From an uncultured bacterium (GTDB lineage: Bacteria; Hinthialibacterota; Hinthialibacteria; Hinthialibacterales; JAKPRU01): a stretch of 64,000 bases of DNA. Location: assembly GCA_964612675.1 (NCBI GenBank), contig CAZTDD010000015.1, forward strand, positions 6,300 to 70,299. Direction: 5' to 3'. Numbering within the stretch: position 1 is the first letter of the stretch; every line of letters begins with the position of its first letter. Position numbers and translations under genes: made by a program. The notes beneath the pieces were generated by a model. That model did not search any database and had not been told where the DNA came from. It worked only from the letters and a program-made list of their open reading frames with translations. This document shows positions 47,832-58,061 of this stretch, one piece after another.

Positions 47832-49985
47832 TCACCCAACACGCGACGATAGAAACAGATTCGCTCCGTGATAGACCAGAAATGAAGTCACCCAGGCAAG
47901 GACCAACGCATACCCAACGGCAAAGACAGTCCACTTCCACGATCCCGTTTCGCGACGCATAACTGAGATGGTGCCGAAACACGGCACATAGACGAGAACG
48001 ATTACCATCAGCGCCAAAGCGGAAGCGGGCGTCAGTCCCGACTCCCGCAGTGCGGTCCGTAGACCTTCGTCACGTTCGTCGACACCTTCAGTGGCCTGGT
48101 AGAGAACTCCGAGCGTGCTTACAACCGTCTCTTTCGCCGCCACGCCGGTGAGTAATGCGAGCCCGGATTTCCAGTCAAGCCCCATGGGCCGAATAACGGG
48201 GGCTATCAGCTTCCCGACACGGCCGGCGAAGGAATGCTCTAAACGGGTTTCTTCATAGAGCGTCCTGAGTCGATTGAGTTCGGCGCGTTCTATGGGTGTC
48301 ACCTCTCCGGAGCCCCGCGCTTCGATCTCCGCCTTCAATTCCTCGGAACCGGGAAACTGACGAGGAAACGCACAAAGCCCCCAAATCAGGATCGAGGCGA
48401 CTAGAATGACACCACCCACCTTGCGAATGAATATGTACGCGCGGTCCCACATGTGGATCAATACGCTGCGAAGCAAAGGAATTCGATACGGGGGAAGTTC
48501 CATCACAAACGGCATCGCTTCACCGCGAAACAGAGTACGACGGAATACTTGACCGACGATCATCGCAAGGAAAACACCCAGAGCGTAAATTCCAAGAATG
48601 ACCCAGGTCGCATGAGATTTGAAGAAAGTGCCTGCGAGGAGAATGTAGACCGGCAAACGGGCGCTGCAACTCATAAGTGGATTGATGAGGATCGTCAACA
48701 GCCGGTCGGAGCGGTTCTCCAACATCCGCGTTGCCATGATGGCAGGCGCATTGCAGCCGAATCCCATCACCATCGGAATGAACGATTTTCCGTGTAAGCC
48801 GAGCGCATGCATCACCCGGTCCATAATGAATGCCGCGCGGGCCATGTATCCCGTGTCTTCGAGCACGGAAATAAAGAAAAAAAGGATCAGGATATTCGGC
48901 AGAAATACGATCACACTCCCCACGCCGTTGATCGCCCCATCCACAACGAATCCCTTGACGATCCCGTCCGGCAGCAGACTGGAAACTGACGCAGCGACAA
49001 ACCCCACTACGGTCTCGATCCACTCCATGGGTATGGCCCCAAGGGTAAATGTTGCCTTAAACATCACATAGAGAAAAAAAACAAAAATTGGGATTCCCAG
49101 CCACCGGTGAGTAACGACGGCGTCGATGGAGTCGGATCGCCTCATCTTCTCTTCCATCGAGAGGCTCACCGTTTCCCGCACAGCGCCTCGAACAAAACCG
49201 TAGCGGCGCTCCGAAAAAAGACTCGTCAGATCGTCCTGGTGACGCGACTCGAGTCGTTGGACCGAGTGGTCGCGCACCCGAAGAATGTCTTCGCCATGCG
49301 GAGTCGGCGCAACGACTTCTTCGATGGTTTTGTCTCGTTCCAGCAAACGAATCGCGAGCCATCTGCGCCCATAACGGGAGATCAGGTCTTTGGCGGAGGC
49401 CAAAGCTTCCTCAACATTCAGAATCTCCTGTTCAAGATCTTCGCCGTAGTTAACCGTGACTTGATGTTGAATCGGGCTTGTTCCCGCCGCCACTTCCAAT
49501 GACATAGTCAGTAGTTCACGTGTTCCAAAACCCCGATTGCCTATAGTCGGAACGATTGGAACTCCCAGCAATTGTCCGAGTTTCTCATGATCGATCGCCA
49601 CACCCTGATTTCGCGCCTCATCGCTCATGTTCAGGGCGACCACAGTATTCACACCGAGTTCAATAAGTTGGGATGTGAGGTACAGATTTCGTTCGAGGTT
49701 GGTCGCATCCACAACATTGATAACAACATCAGGCCGCTGATCGATCAGATACGACTGGACGATCATCTCTTCGAGTGAATGGGCGGTAAGACTGTATGTA
49801 CCCGGCAAATCCACAAGCAGCAATTCGAACTCATCCAGACGGGCGGTACCTTCTTTGATCGCAACAGTCACTCCCGGGTAATTCCCGACTCGCTGCCGAC
49901 TGCCGGTCAGCATATTGAACAGACTCGTCTTACCGGAGTTCGGATTTCCTACCAACGCACAAGAAAGCTGACGTGGCTTGTTCAT
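47832..49985 (-). CDS. feoB: ferrous iron transport protein B
   Basis: N-terminal G-protein domain (LVGNPNSGKTSLFNMLTG, DLPGTYSL) followed by a polytopic membrane domain. Start chosen at MNKPRQL. Confidence 0.95.
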   Translation of the reverse strand: MNKPRQLSCALVGNPNSGKTSLFNMLTGSRQRVGNYPGVTVAIKEGTARLDEFELLLVDLPGTYSLTAHSLEEMIVQSYLIDQRPDVVINVVDATNLERNLYLTSQLIELGVNTVVALNMSDEARNQGVAIDHEKLGQLLGVPIVPTIGNRGFGTRELLTMSLEVAAGTSPIQHQVTVNYGEDLEQEILNVEEALASAKDLISRYGRRWLAIRLLERDKTIEEVVAPTPHGEDILRVRDHSVQRLESRHQDDLTSLFSERRYGFVRGAVRETVSLSMEEKMRRSDSIDAVVTHRWLGIPIFVFFLYVMFKATFTLGAIPMEWIETVVGFVAASVSSLLPDGIVKGFVVDGAINGVGSVIVFLPNILILFFFISVLEDTGYMARAAFIMDRVMHALGLHGKSFIPMVMGFGCNAPAIMATRMLENRSDRLLTILINPLMSCSARLPVYILLAGTFFKSHATWVILGIYALGVFLAMIVGQVFRRTLFRGEAMPFVMELPPYRIPLLRSVLIHMWDRAYIFIRKVGGVILVASILIWGLCAFPRQFPGSEELKAEIEARGSGEVTPIERAELNRLRTLYEETRLEHSFAGRVGKLIAPVIRPMGLDWKSGLALLTGVAAKETVVSTLGVLYQATEGVDERDEGLRTALRESGLTPASALALMVIVLVYVPCFGTISVMRRETGSWKWTVFAVGYALVLAWVTSFLVYHGANLFLSSRVG

Positions 49986-50096
49986 GCCGCGTTGGCGTAT
50001 TGATGTCTCCGCAGATAGATAATCCATAAATCGTTACCGTTCGATTCTCGAAGTCTCCGTACCGCTCGAGAGGTAACAAAGATCGTTTTGCAGGTG

Positions 50097-50837
50097 TCAG
50101 GACGTCGGTACCTCTCCATCCAGAAGAACTTCAACCGCGGAGGCCTCGGCCTTGCGTAGTGAAAGGTTGTACCCTCGGATATGTATCTCGATGGGGTCGC
50201 CCAACGGAGCTTCCCGCATAAATCGTACTCGCTCTCCCCGGATCACTCCCATCTCCATCAGACGTCTCCGGATCGGCCCGGTCTCACGAATACGTCGAAC
50301 GATGCCTTCCTGGCCCGGCTGCATGTCGGAAAGAGCGAGAATCTCTCCTTCCACTTTGGCAGATGAAGGCCGATACAGCGTCTCCGTCAGCTGACGTTCA
50401 TGGTCCGCGTACTGCTCAAAAAGCTGAATCGATTTGGCACGCTGTTCCGGATCGGAATTCACGTACCCCATGAACGTGATAAGCCGCGCCATTGTGTTCC
50501 GACTCAGGTTATGTTCGATGGCACATGCGTCCTTTTCGGCCGTTTCCGGGTCAACCCGCAACACATCGGTCAAAAAACCCGAAATGATCCGATGGCGATT
50601 GTGAACCTCCTGGGCAATACGAGACCCGTCTTGCGAAAGCTGCACATCCTCATAGCGCTCATGCTTGACCAGGCCACGCTCATTGAGGAGACGCAGCGTC
50701 TCTGAGACCGTAGGGGCTTTTACACCGATATCGCTCGCTATATCGCGAACGCGGACAACACGTTTCTGCATCTGGAGACGGTAAATCGACTCCAGATAAT
50801 CCTCCATCGCACGTGATATTTCCGGAAGTTTGCTCAT
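50097..50837 (-). CDS. DtxR/MntR-family metal-dependent regulator fused to a C-terminal FeoA domain
   Basis: DtxR HTH and metal-binding core (LEDYLESIYRLQ..., RDIASDIGVKAPTVSETLRLL..., ISGFLTDVL). C-terminal FeoA/SH3-like domain (LSDMQPGQEGIVRRI...GERVRFMREAPLGDPIEI). It is immediately upstream of feoB on the same strand. The start is ambiguous between 50837 and 50864. Confidence 0.8.
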   Translation of the reverse strand: MSKLPEISRAMEDYLESIYRLQMQKRVVRVRDIASDIGVKAPTVSETLRLLNERGLVKHERYEDVQLSQDGSRIAQEVHNRHRIISGFLTDVLRVDPETAEKDACAIEHNLSRNTMARLITFMGYVNSDPEQRAKSIQLFEQYADHERQLTETLYRPSSAKVEGEILALSDMQPGQEGIVRRIRETGPIRRRLMEMGVIRGERVRFMREAPLGDPIEIHIRGYNLSLRKAEASAVEVLLDGEVPTS

Positions 50838-50866
50838 ATAACCAATGTTAGAGCCTCCCAACATTT

Positions 50867-50880
50867 TTGGCAAGTGCCAA
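50867..50880. promoter_or_regulatory. 14-bp palindrome TTGGCAagTGCCAA upstream of the DtxR-FeoA gene (candidate operator)
   Basis: Perfect 6-2-6 inverted repeat read directly. It lies about 30 bp upstream of the preferred start codon, in the region divergent from the GT2 gene. Confidence 0.4.
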
Positions 50881-51002
50881 CCCTATCTTCAGCGAATATA
50901 ATTCGTTACCGCGAGGCTTTTCTAACGGATAGGCTTTGTGTTTATCGTTCGACGGCTTACACTGGTGTGGTCTGATCTCATTTCGAATGAGGGGTTTACT
51001 CG

Positions 51003-51863
51003 ATGCGCCTGTGGAAAAGAAAGTCGGAGCCGGAAGAGGTCCTGGAAGACGACGAGGACCTGGAATTGCCGACGGATGAGGAGCTGGAAGACCGGCCGGG
51101 GATCGATGAATATGAAGAACCCGAAGAACCACTTCCCGAGATTCAGACGCCGTGGCGGCGGGTGGCGGTCTTGATCCCGTGTTATAACACCGGACAGGTC
51201 ATCTTGGATACTGTAACAGATGCCACACAGTATGCGGGCTTGATTCTCTGTGTCAACGACGGCTCGACAGACGATACACTCTCATGGATTCGAAAATCCG
51301 GTGCTGAATTCATCTCCCTTCCCCGCAACAAAGGGAAAGGACACGCGCTAACCGCAGGATTCAATTATCTGTGGCAACGGACCGAATGGGATGTGCTGAT
51401 CACGATGGATGGTGACGGTCAGCACGAAGCCATCGATATTCCCTACCTGATTGAAGCCTACGAGGAGACGGGAGCGGATATTGTGGTGGGGGCGAGGGAT
51501 TTCCATGCGCCCGAAGTCCCATGGCTCAGGCGCTGGTCGAACCGTCGAAGCTCCAAATGGATCGCCAAAAAGTCGGGACTGCCGCTCAGCGATTTTCAAT
51601 GCGGGTTCCGGCTCTTCACGCGGCAAGCGATCAGGCACCTACTGACCCGTTTGACCGGTGGACTGTTCGAGATGGAAACGACCATGCTTATCCTGGCGGA
51701 CCGTCTGGGACTGCAGATTACTGAGACCCCTATCACAACGATATATACGAAGACTTCGGCCGGCCGATCCTCCTGGCGGGTCTTCCGCGACAGTCGCCGA
51801 ATCTACCGCGCACTGAAGAAGACGCTCAAAGAGACAGAGCATCTCGTCGCTGAACAGGAATAG
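51003..51863 (+). CDS. glycosyltransferase family 2 (GT-A) with acidic N-terminal extension
   Basis: VAVLIPCYN, LILCVNDGSTDDT and MDGDGQHE (DxD region) match GT2 dolichyl-phosphate-sugar-synthase-like enzymes. The N-terminal 50 aa are highly acidic (EEVLEDDEDLELPTDEELED). Confidence 0.8.
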   Translation: MRLWKRKSEPEEVLEDDEDLELPTDEELEDRPGIDEYEEPEEPLPEIQTPWRRVAVLIPCYNTGQVILDTVTDATQYAGLILCVNDGSTDDTLSWIRKSGAEFISLPRNKGKGHALTAGFNYLWQRTEWDVLITMDGDGQHEAIDIPYLIEAYEETGADIVVGARDFHAPEVPWLRRWSNRRSSKWIAKKSGLPLSDFQCGFRLFTRQAIRHLLTRLTGGLFEMETTMLILADRLGLQITETPITTIYTKTSAGRSSWRVFRDSRRIYRALKKTLKETEHLVAEQE

Positions 51864-51929
51864 AACGACCGGAACGAGGCGGGAATACTGCCGCCGGTTC
51901 TGTGGACACTCGTCTCACGGAGATCGTAT

Positions 51930-52391
51930 ATGCAGAAGATCGCAATTCTCGTCGCTATTATTCTACTTCACGCAGTCGGCTTCTACGTCCTGTACACTTA
52001 CGTACTCATCAGCGACGAGACACGGATCAGAAGGGTCATCGAAAAGGGGCGCAAAGCGATAGAAGAGGAATCGCTGCTGACTGCGGCGACTCTGATCGCG
52101 GACAATTACCGGGATGAATACGGTCAGGACAGGGGAACTGTTTTGGGCGGTTTGCGAAGTCTTTTTCAGTCGACGGAAAACCTGCAGATCGATATCCACT
52201 CGACAGAAATAACCGTCGACAATGAGGACGCCGAGGCGGTGGTGACGTTCTCCTTGTCCGGAGAGCACGGGGGTCACTCATTTCGCGACATTGCACCGGA
52301 CCGGAAAACAGGCGGCAGCGTCTATTTCGCAAAGGGGGACGGCGGCTGGAAAGTCGCCGGCACCTCCCGCTTTCGTCCGCTCCCGGATTGA
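51930..52391 (+). CDS. hypothetical N-terminally anchored protein (NTF2-like?)
   Basis: N-terminal helix MQKIAILVAIILLHAVGFYVLYTYVLI followed by a 120-aa soluble domain. No motif recognised. Confidence 0.4.
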   Translation: MQKIAILVAIILLHAVGFYVLYTYVLISDETRIRRVIEKGRKAIEEESLLTAATLIADNYRDEYGQDRGTVLGGLRSLFQSTENLQIDIHSTEITVDNEDAEAVVTFSLSGEHGGHSFRDIAPDRKTGGSVYFAKGDGGWKVAGTSRFRPLPD

Positions 52392-52397
52392 AGCAAG

Positions 52398-52931
52398 TCA
52401 GTCAAGATTCACTTTTCTGAGTTCCCCGGTCTTCGTATTGATAATCATTCCGTGCAGACGCAAATCGTTGGAGATCAAAGGACACGCACGTATCGCTCGA
52501 ATTGTGCTCCGAACATTCTCCTCGATGTCGTTCAGCGCCCCAAACCATTCCGAGACTTCTTTGTCCCCTGTCGCTTCATTTGGATCTACGCCCTGTTGTT
52601 TCAGTTGGTGTACCGTCTCACTCTCATCGAATTTCGACATACCGCAATCGGTGTGACCCAGAACAATAAAGTCTGCTAATGCCTGGTGAAGCACAGACAT
52701 GGAAATCGACCTGAGAACATCGTTGTTCTCAGGCAGAACCTGGTTCCCCGCGTTGCGCAAGACGACCACTTCCCCCGGCGCGAAGCCCATCGCCGGTTCC
52801 ACCACGCCGGTCAATCTCGGATCCATACAGTACAGAAGCCCAACCCTTTTGAAGTGATCGAAAGTCGGGATCTGTCCTTTCTTCTCGTTCACGTATTTTT
52901 GATTTCGTGCCAATATGTCGTCCAACAGCAT
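52398..52931 (-). CDS. beta-class carbonic anhydrase
   Basis: CMDPR (CxDxR) and LGHTDCGM (HxxC) zinc-ligand motifs. 177 aa. Confidence 0.9.
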   Translation of the reverse strand: MLLDDILARNQKYVNEKKGQIPTFDHFKRVGLLYCMDPRLTGVVEPAMGFAPGEVVVLRNAGNQVLPENNDVLRSISMSVLHQALADFIVLGHTDCGMSKFDESETVHQLKQQGVDPNEATGDKEVSEWFGALNDIEENVRSTIRAIRACPLISNDLRLHGMIINTKTGELRKVNLD

Positions 52932-53200
52932 ATCGTTCTCCTCACCACCGGTTTCTATGGTTGAGACCTCGCAGAAGTCGCTTTACCGGAGTCTCTTCGC
53001 CAACACTCCGAATCCACAACCGGTCGAGTATCGTAATGGAGAATGAGAGAAGATTGAACCTGAATCCACCTATACCGCCCGGATCTACTCTCCGGGCGAT
53101 TTTCTGAAACCCGCACCGCCCGGATTGACTCGGCGAACAAATCCAGGACCCTACCGAATGATGCCGTCGCAAAAAGTCGATGAGAGTGGAAAAACAGAAA

Positions 53201-53372
53201 TCCTCAACCCCCTCTTGAGCGACCCCAATCTTTGGGGGAGAAAAGAAGCCATGGTCCCGGTCACTCACAAACCAGCTGTGTTCGTTTCCTTTCCTCCCCC
53301 GAAGATCGGGGGAGGAGTCTCATGGCTTGCCGAAGGCAAACATGAGAGCCGTAAAGGAGGGGGTTGAAATCC
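53201..53372. repeat. REP/BIME-like mosaic repeat cluster
   Basis: ccccaatctttgggggaga palindrome (53226-53247), cctcccccgaagatcgggggagg (53293-53315) and the nested palindrome ...tcatggcttgccgaaggcaaacatgagagccgtaaaggagggggttgaaatc (53316-53372). It has the same modules and order as 6854-6933. Confidence 0.8.
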
Positions 53373-53583
53373 GTATCCCAAACTTTTTGCGACAGCGTCA
53401 CCGAATGGAGGGGGTCCGGCGTTTCTCCTTCGAATCCCGGACCGACACTGCCGCTGATTTGAGAAAGGAACCGCGATCTCCGTTGCCGTCATGGCGAGCG
53501 AAGCATGGCCATCTCGTTTTTCCGGTTCAATGCGGAAATTCCCACGTCGTTGCGCTCCTCGGAATGACGGATTCGCTCGCGTT

Positions 53584-54624
53584 TTATTTCGAGGCGAACC
53601 GTTCGAACAGGCCGAGTAGATCCTCCCCGATGGTCGGACGGTATTCTTCATACACCGGCTGAGCAGCTTCCCGCAGTAGACTGCGCATCCCCGGCGAGAG
53701 CTCTGTGATCACCATCCCCCGTTGCCCGAGAACGCGGCGATGAGTTTCCTCCCGCTCGATAACGTGCTGTCTCTGTTCTTTCGCCGCCTCTTGAGCGGAC
53801 TCCCGAAGAATCCTCTGTTGCTCCTCCGTGAGACCGTCCCATAGATCCGCATTCAAACATAAGACAATCGGGTCGAAGGAATAGTCCCAAATCGTAAGAT
53901 ATTTCTGTACCTCATACAGCCCAGCAGAGTGAATCACGTGGAGGGGGTTCTCCTGTCCATCCATGGTGCCTTCACGCAGGGCCTGAATCAGTTCACCAAA
54001 GTTCATCGAGCTGGGATCGGCATTCCAAAGCCGGAACAGCGTGATGTACATCTTAATGGAGGGAACACGGATCTTGAGGTCGCTGAGATCGTCAAGACTC
54101 GCGATTGGTCTCTTCGAATTCGTGATTTGACGGAACCCGTTAAAACCGTAGGCCAATCCGACAAGTCTCTTCTCGCGCAGCAGTTCGAGCATTCTCTCGC
54201 CCGGCTCGTTGACGCAAGCCTGCTCCGCCTCCGCATAATCGTCAAACATCCACGGCAGCGACCAAACCGTCCAGCGTGGATCGACCACCGACAGCAAAAT
54301 CGAGGATTCCCACGAGCCGCCAAGACTCCCGCCCTGGACCATATCCAACTCGGTCTGCTGGTTATTGCCGGAGAGAGAAGCGTTGGTGTACAGATGGATC
54401 AGGATGTCTCCATCGCTCCGCTCTTCAACCAATTCCTTCCACCGGACGGCACCGTAATGCCATTCCGAGGTCTCGCTGAGAATGTGGCTGAAACGGATCG
54501 TTAGGGGACCTTCTTCCCGATCGGAACATCCTGTGAGTGCATTGAGAAGCAGAAACAGTCCAACAGCGATTCCGATTTGCACCGGTTCGAATCTATCCGC
54601 TATCCGCCTTTCGACCTGTTTCAT
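53584..54624 (-). CDS. TRAP-transporter substrate-binding protein (DctP family) lipoprotein, apparently orphan
   Basis: Lipoprotein signal LLLNALTGCS. DctP-like core with the DGQENPL motif. No DctQ/DctM genes are visible in the window. Confidence 0.8.
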   Translation of the reverse strand: MKQVERRIADRFEPVQIGIAVGLFLLLNALTGCSDREEGPLTIRFSHILSETSEWHYGAVRWKELVEERSDGDILIHLYTNASLSGNNQQTELDMVQGGSLGGSWESSILLSVVDPRWTVWSLPWMFDDYAEAEQACVNEPGERMLELLREKRLVGLAYGFNGFRQITNSKRPIASLDDLSDLKIRVPSIKMYITLFRLWNADPSSMNFGELIQALREGTMDGQENPLHVIHSAGLYEVQKYLTIWDYSFDPIVLCLNADLWDGLTEEQQRILRESAQEAAKEQRQHVIEREETHRRVLGQRGMVITELSPGMRSLLREAAQPVYEEYRPTIGEDLLGLFERFASK

Positions 54625-54654
54625 GAACCTTCCCGCTCCATATATTCAAATGGT

Positions 54655-54927
54655 CTATTTCAGCTTAAAGACTTCCTCGAAAGCGCCTCCACCTCCCAGG
54701 CTCTGCATCAGAAGCAAGGCTGCGACGGTCAAAACAACCAAAATCACAAAGGCAGCAGCCGACCAAATCATATTCCGCTTCCTTTGAGACTTTGCGCGGT
54801 TACCGAGCTGCATGATCCTTGCTTGCATCGCATCTTCGTAACTCGTATCCACTTGAATGGTAGGATCGGCGCTAGACGCCGGCTTTCCCTCCACGGAAGA
54901 TGTTGTGGGTGATTCTTGTTCTGCCAT
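54655..54927 (-). CDS. small single-pass membrane protein (hypothetical)
   Basis: 90 aa with one TM helix (IWSAAAFVILVVLTVAALLLM) and a hydrophilic N-terminus. It lies 30 nt upstream of the TRAP binding-protein gene on the same strand. Confidence 0.35.
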   Translation of the reverse strand: MAEQESPTTSSVEGKPASSADPTIQVDTSYEDAMQARIMQLGNRAKSQRKRNMIWSAAAFVILVVLTVAALLLMQSLGGGGAFEEVFKLK

Positions 54928-55170
54928 GATTCTGTTTTCCTTCCCTGGAAATCGGGACAGCGTTTTCCAATTCTCTGGTCATCGCGCTGTCCATGGCTCA
55001 CCCACCTTCGTCTTTCCACTGAGAACCTGCCCAAGATACATCCCGGCCGCTATGACCGGGTTCCGGATAAAACATACAGATAGATTAACCACGATACCGC
55101 CCCAGACCGAGTGGAGTCCTACTCTTTCGTACGACACCCCCGTATCAAGAGTGACTATCTCTCGCATGCC

Positions 55171-56442
55171 TTAGTCGGTACTCACTTGTCTGTCGTGGGA
55201 AATGAGCTCCGCCTTGCAGGGAACATAGGTCGTGCCGCGCAATCCACGCCCTTTTACCCCGGGCCGAACCATAAACGGGCAAAGGGCTCTCTGATAGTCC
55301 GATCCCAATACAAAATTCATCGACGAGCCCGGCCCGGCCTCTCGCTGAGTCAAAGCGACGGACAAACTGTAATAGCCTTCCAACAGATTGAGTCCATCGA
55401 AATGAAAGCGGCAGACCCCCTTACCGTCTAAAGGTGGAAGATCGTCGCAATGAATGTGCGTACCCGTTGTAAAAATGGGAGTGCCGTCGTCATCATTGAT
55501 CGAGATGCCGAACACAGGGTCCTTGTAGTTTCCAGGAGCCTGATAATGAATGTCTACATGTACCGATTCACCGGTTTCATAGATGTATTTCTCCTGCCCG
55601 TCCCCGTCATACATTTTCACTCCGGTCAGAAGGGCCCGCATATCGCCGAATCGATTCGACAACGAAACATCCGGTGGGGGCGGCACGCCCTTTTTACGGC
55701 TCATCTCGAACAAGTGCTGACGATACAAACCGATCATTTCGTACGGGTGCCCCTCGCCGATGATTCTGCCCTGGTCCAATACAAGAGCACGTGTGGACAG
55801 TGACAGGAGAACATCCAGGTCATGCGAGACGAGAAGTACTGTCTTGCCGGAGTCGGCGACTGCGCGCAGATGGTTCGCGCACTTCCTCTGGAACATCTGG
55901 TCGCCGACAGCCAGGATCTCATCCACCAACAACAGACTCGGGTCAACATACGCCCCGATTGCGAATCCGAGCCGCAGATACATACCCGAGGAATAGTGCT
56001 TCACGGGGGTGTCGATAAAATCCTCGATGCCCGAGAACTCGATGATGTCGGGAACCCGTGCGTGGAGGGTCTCTTCGGGAATGCCGATCAGTGCTCCCGA
56101 CAGGTAGATATTCTCCCGACCTGTCAGCTCTGGATGAAAGCCAACACCGACCTCGAGCAGGGAAGCCACGGTTCCGCGTATGGTGCAGGTTCCGCTCGTC
56201 GGTTCTGTGATGCCTCCCACGATTTTCAAAAGCGTGCTTTTTCCGGAACCGTTGTCTCCGATGATGCCGAGGATCTCTCCCTTGCGCACCTCGAAGGAAA
56301 CGTCGCGTAACGCGTAAAACGGTTCGCTTTGCGCTCGCTTGAAGCGACGGCGCAGCAATTTCTCTTTCAGGGTCGGATACGATTCTCGGGATAAACGATA
56401 ACACTTGCTGACCCGATCCAGTTGGACGACCGGCTCGCTCAT
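55171..56442 (-). CDS. ABC transporter ATP-binding protein, Wzt/KpsT/TagH-like with C-terminal extension
   Basis: Walker A GDNGSGKSTL, ABC signature YSSGMYLRLGFA and Walker B LLLVDEILAVGD. An extra roughly 170-aa C-terminal domain resembles the Wzt O-antigen-binding domain. The start overlaps the argH stop by 4 nt. No permease gene is adjacent. Confidence 0.85.
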   Translation of the reverse strand: MSEPVVQLDRVSKCYRLSRESYPTLKEKLLRRRFKRAQSEPFYALRDVSFEVRKGEILGIIGDNGSGKSTLLKIVGGITEPTSGTCTIRGTVASLLEVGVGFHPELTGRENIYLSGALIGIPEETLHARVPDIIEFSGIEDFIDTPVKHYSSGMYLRLGFAIGAYVDPSLLLVDEILAVGDQMFQRKCANHLRAVADSGKTVLLVSHDLDVLLSLSTRALVLDQGRIIGEGHPYEMIGLYRQHLFEMSRKKGVPPPPDVSLSNRFGDMRALLTGVKMYDGDGQEKYIYETGESVHVDIHYQAPGNYKDPVFGISINDDDGTPIFTTGTHIHCDDLPPLDGKGVCRFHFDGLNLLEGYYSLSVALTQREAGPGSSMNFVLGSDYQRALCPFMVRPGVKGRGLRGTTYVPCKAELISHDRQVSTD

Positions 56443-57926
56443 GTCGGCAGGAACTCCCTCACGTTTTTTCGCACGCTGTCGAGGCGTCGCATCTCATCAG
56501 AACACCAACGATCCAATTCGTCCAGCTCAGCGGAAAGGGAGACAAACGTTTGCCGAACCGAGTCGGGATGGGGACCGTTTGCCTGTTTTCGACGACGCAC
56601 GTTTTGCCGCGGGTCGGCGATCCCGGCAAATTCCGATTCGCTCATCGGCTTTTGCCCGGCTTTCTCCAGGACGGTATTCACACGGTCCAGCACCAGGCGA
56701 CCTTCGTCCTCGCACGCGGCCACCGTATCGGAAACGATTCGATAAGCAGTTCGAAACGGCAGCCCACGCTCCCGAGCCAGCATGTCGGCCAAATCGACCG
56801 CCTCGATGAACCCTTCCCCTGTGGCTTCTTTCATCCTCTCCGCCTGAATATCGAGATCCTGAACCAAACTCGCCAGCCCGTCCGCTACACCGGTCACTTC
56901 GCGAACCGCGTCCATCAGTACGAATTTGGTCCACTGGGTGTCTCGATTGTAGCCCGACAGGTTACCGAGGTTGATCGCGAGTAACGACTGGGCGTAGCCC
57001 ATTACAACGCCCGCTTTGCCTTTGACGACCTCCAGCAAATCGGGGTTCCGTTTCTGCGGCATGATCGAGCTGCCGGTAGTCCATGCTTTCGGGAGTTTTA
57101 CAAACGAAAATGCGGGCATCGAGAATAGAATCAGATCCTGTGAGACTCGGGCCGCCCGTCTGAGGAATTGCGAGTACGCCACGACGACATCCGCTTCCAT
57201 TTCGCCCCGGCTTTCGACCGCATCCAGTGTATTGGCTTCCGGTTCAACAAAACCAAGCAAATCGGCGGTCCGCTCACAATCGATATTCCATGTTGTGCCG
57301 TAGCTGGCGGCTCCGCCGAGGGGCGACCGGTTCACACGACCGTATGTATCGCACAGTCGCTGAATATCCCGCATAAAGCCCACGGCATAGGAGGCGCACC
57401 AATGCGCCCATGTTGTGATCGTGGCAGGCCGGTGGTGCGTAAAGCCCGGCATCACCGTCTCAAAGTGGTTCTGAGCATGTTCCATGACTGCGCGGGGCAG
57501 CAGCAGCCACTCTTTCATCGAATTTAACACCGCATCTCGTAGGTACAGCCGTACGTCTGTCGCCGACTGATCGTTCCGGCTGCGGCCGGAATGGATGCGT
57601 CCGCTGATGTCCTCTCCCACCATCTGTGCCAGCTCGGTCTCGACACACATATGGACGTCTTCCAATTCGGGATCGAGATCCCATTCTCCACGCTCATGCC
57701 GGTCTTCTATATCTGCAAGAGCCCTGATCAGAGCCCCCACCTCTTGTTTCTTATAAAGTCCGATCTGACCGAGCATGATCGCCTGAGCTCGGTTTACCCA
57801 CAGATCATACGGGATCAGAACAGAGTCAGCCGCAGGCAATGTAGAAACATCCCGTCCCGCCGACAGCGCTACCATTCGCTCTTCGGCGCTTCCTTTTCCT
57901 TCTGTGGCCCACACTGCACGAGGCAT
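56439..57926 (-). CDS. argH: argininosuccinate lyase
   Basis: Fumarate-lyase signature GSSIMPQKRNPD and the ASL block SGRSRNDQSATD. AAGGAG RBS 7 nt upstream of the ATG at 57926. The six-frame ORF extends to 57989. Confidence 0.95.
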   Translation of the reverse strand: MPRAVWATEGKGSAEERMVALSAGRDVSTLPAADSVLIPYDLWVNRAQAIMLGQIGLYKKQEVGALIRALADIEDRHERGEWDLDPELEDVHMCVETELAQMVGEDISGRIHSGRSRNDQSATDVRLYLRDAVLNSMKEWLLLPRAVMEHAQNHFETVMPGFTHHRPATITTWAHWCASYAVGFMRDIQRLCDTYGRVNRSPLGGAASYGTTWNIDCERTADLLGFVEPEANTLDAVESRGEMEADVVVAYSQFLRRAARVSQDLILFSMPAFSFVKLPKAWTTGSSIMPQKRNPDLLEVVKGKAGVVMGYAQSLLAINLGNLSGYNRDTQWTKFVLMDAVREVTGVADGLASLVQDLDIQAERMKEATGEGFIEAVDLADMLARERGLPFRTAYRIVSDTVAACEDEGRLVLDRVNTVLEKAGQKPMSESEFAGIADPRQNVRRRKQANGPHPDSVRQTFVSLSAELDELDRWCSDEMRRLDSVRKNVREFLPT

Positions 57927-58061
57927 CGTTTTGGCTCCTTGGATTGTTTCTCGGCTCAGCCGTAGTAAAGCCGGAGTATTCAGCAGCATGTCAACTGTTT
58001 ATCAAGAAGTATAAGCGAAACACTGCAGGCTATTTAGAGCGGGTACATCGAGAAGGTTGAC

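Noticed and set aside
54979-55167. 62-aa minus-strand ORF between the small TM protein and the ABC ATPase
   Set aside because: It has no RBS or motif and could be a remnant. There is not enough support to call it a gene.
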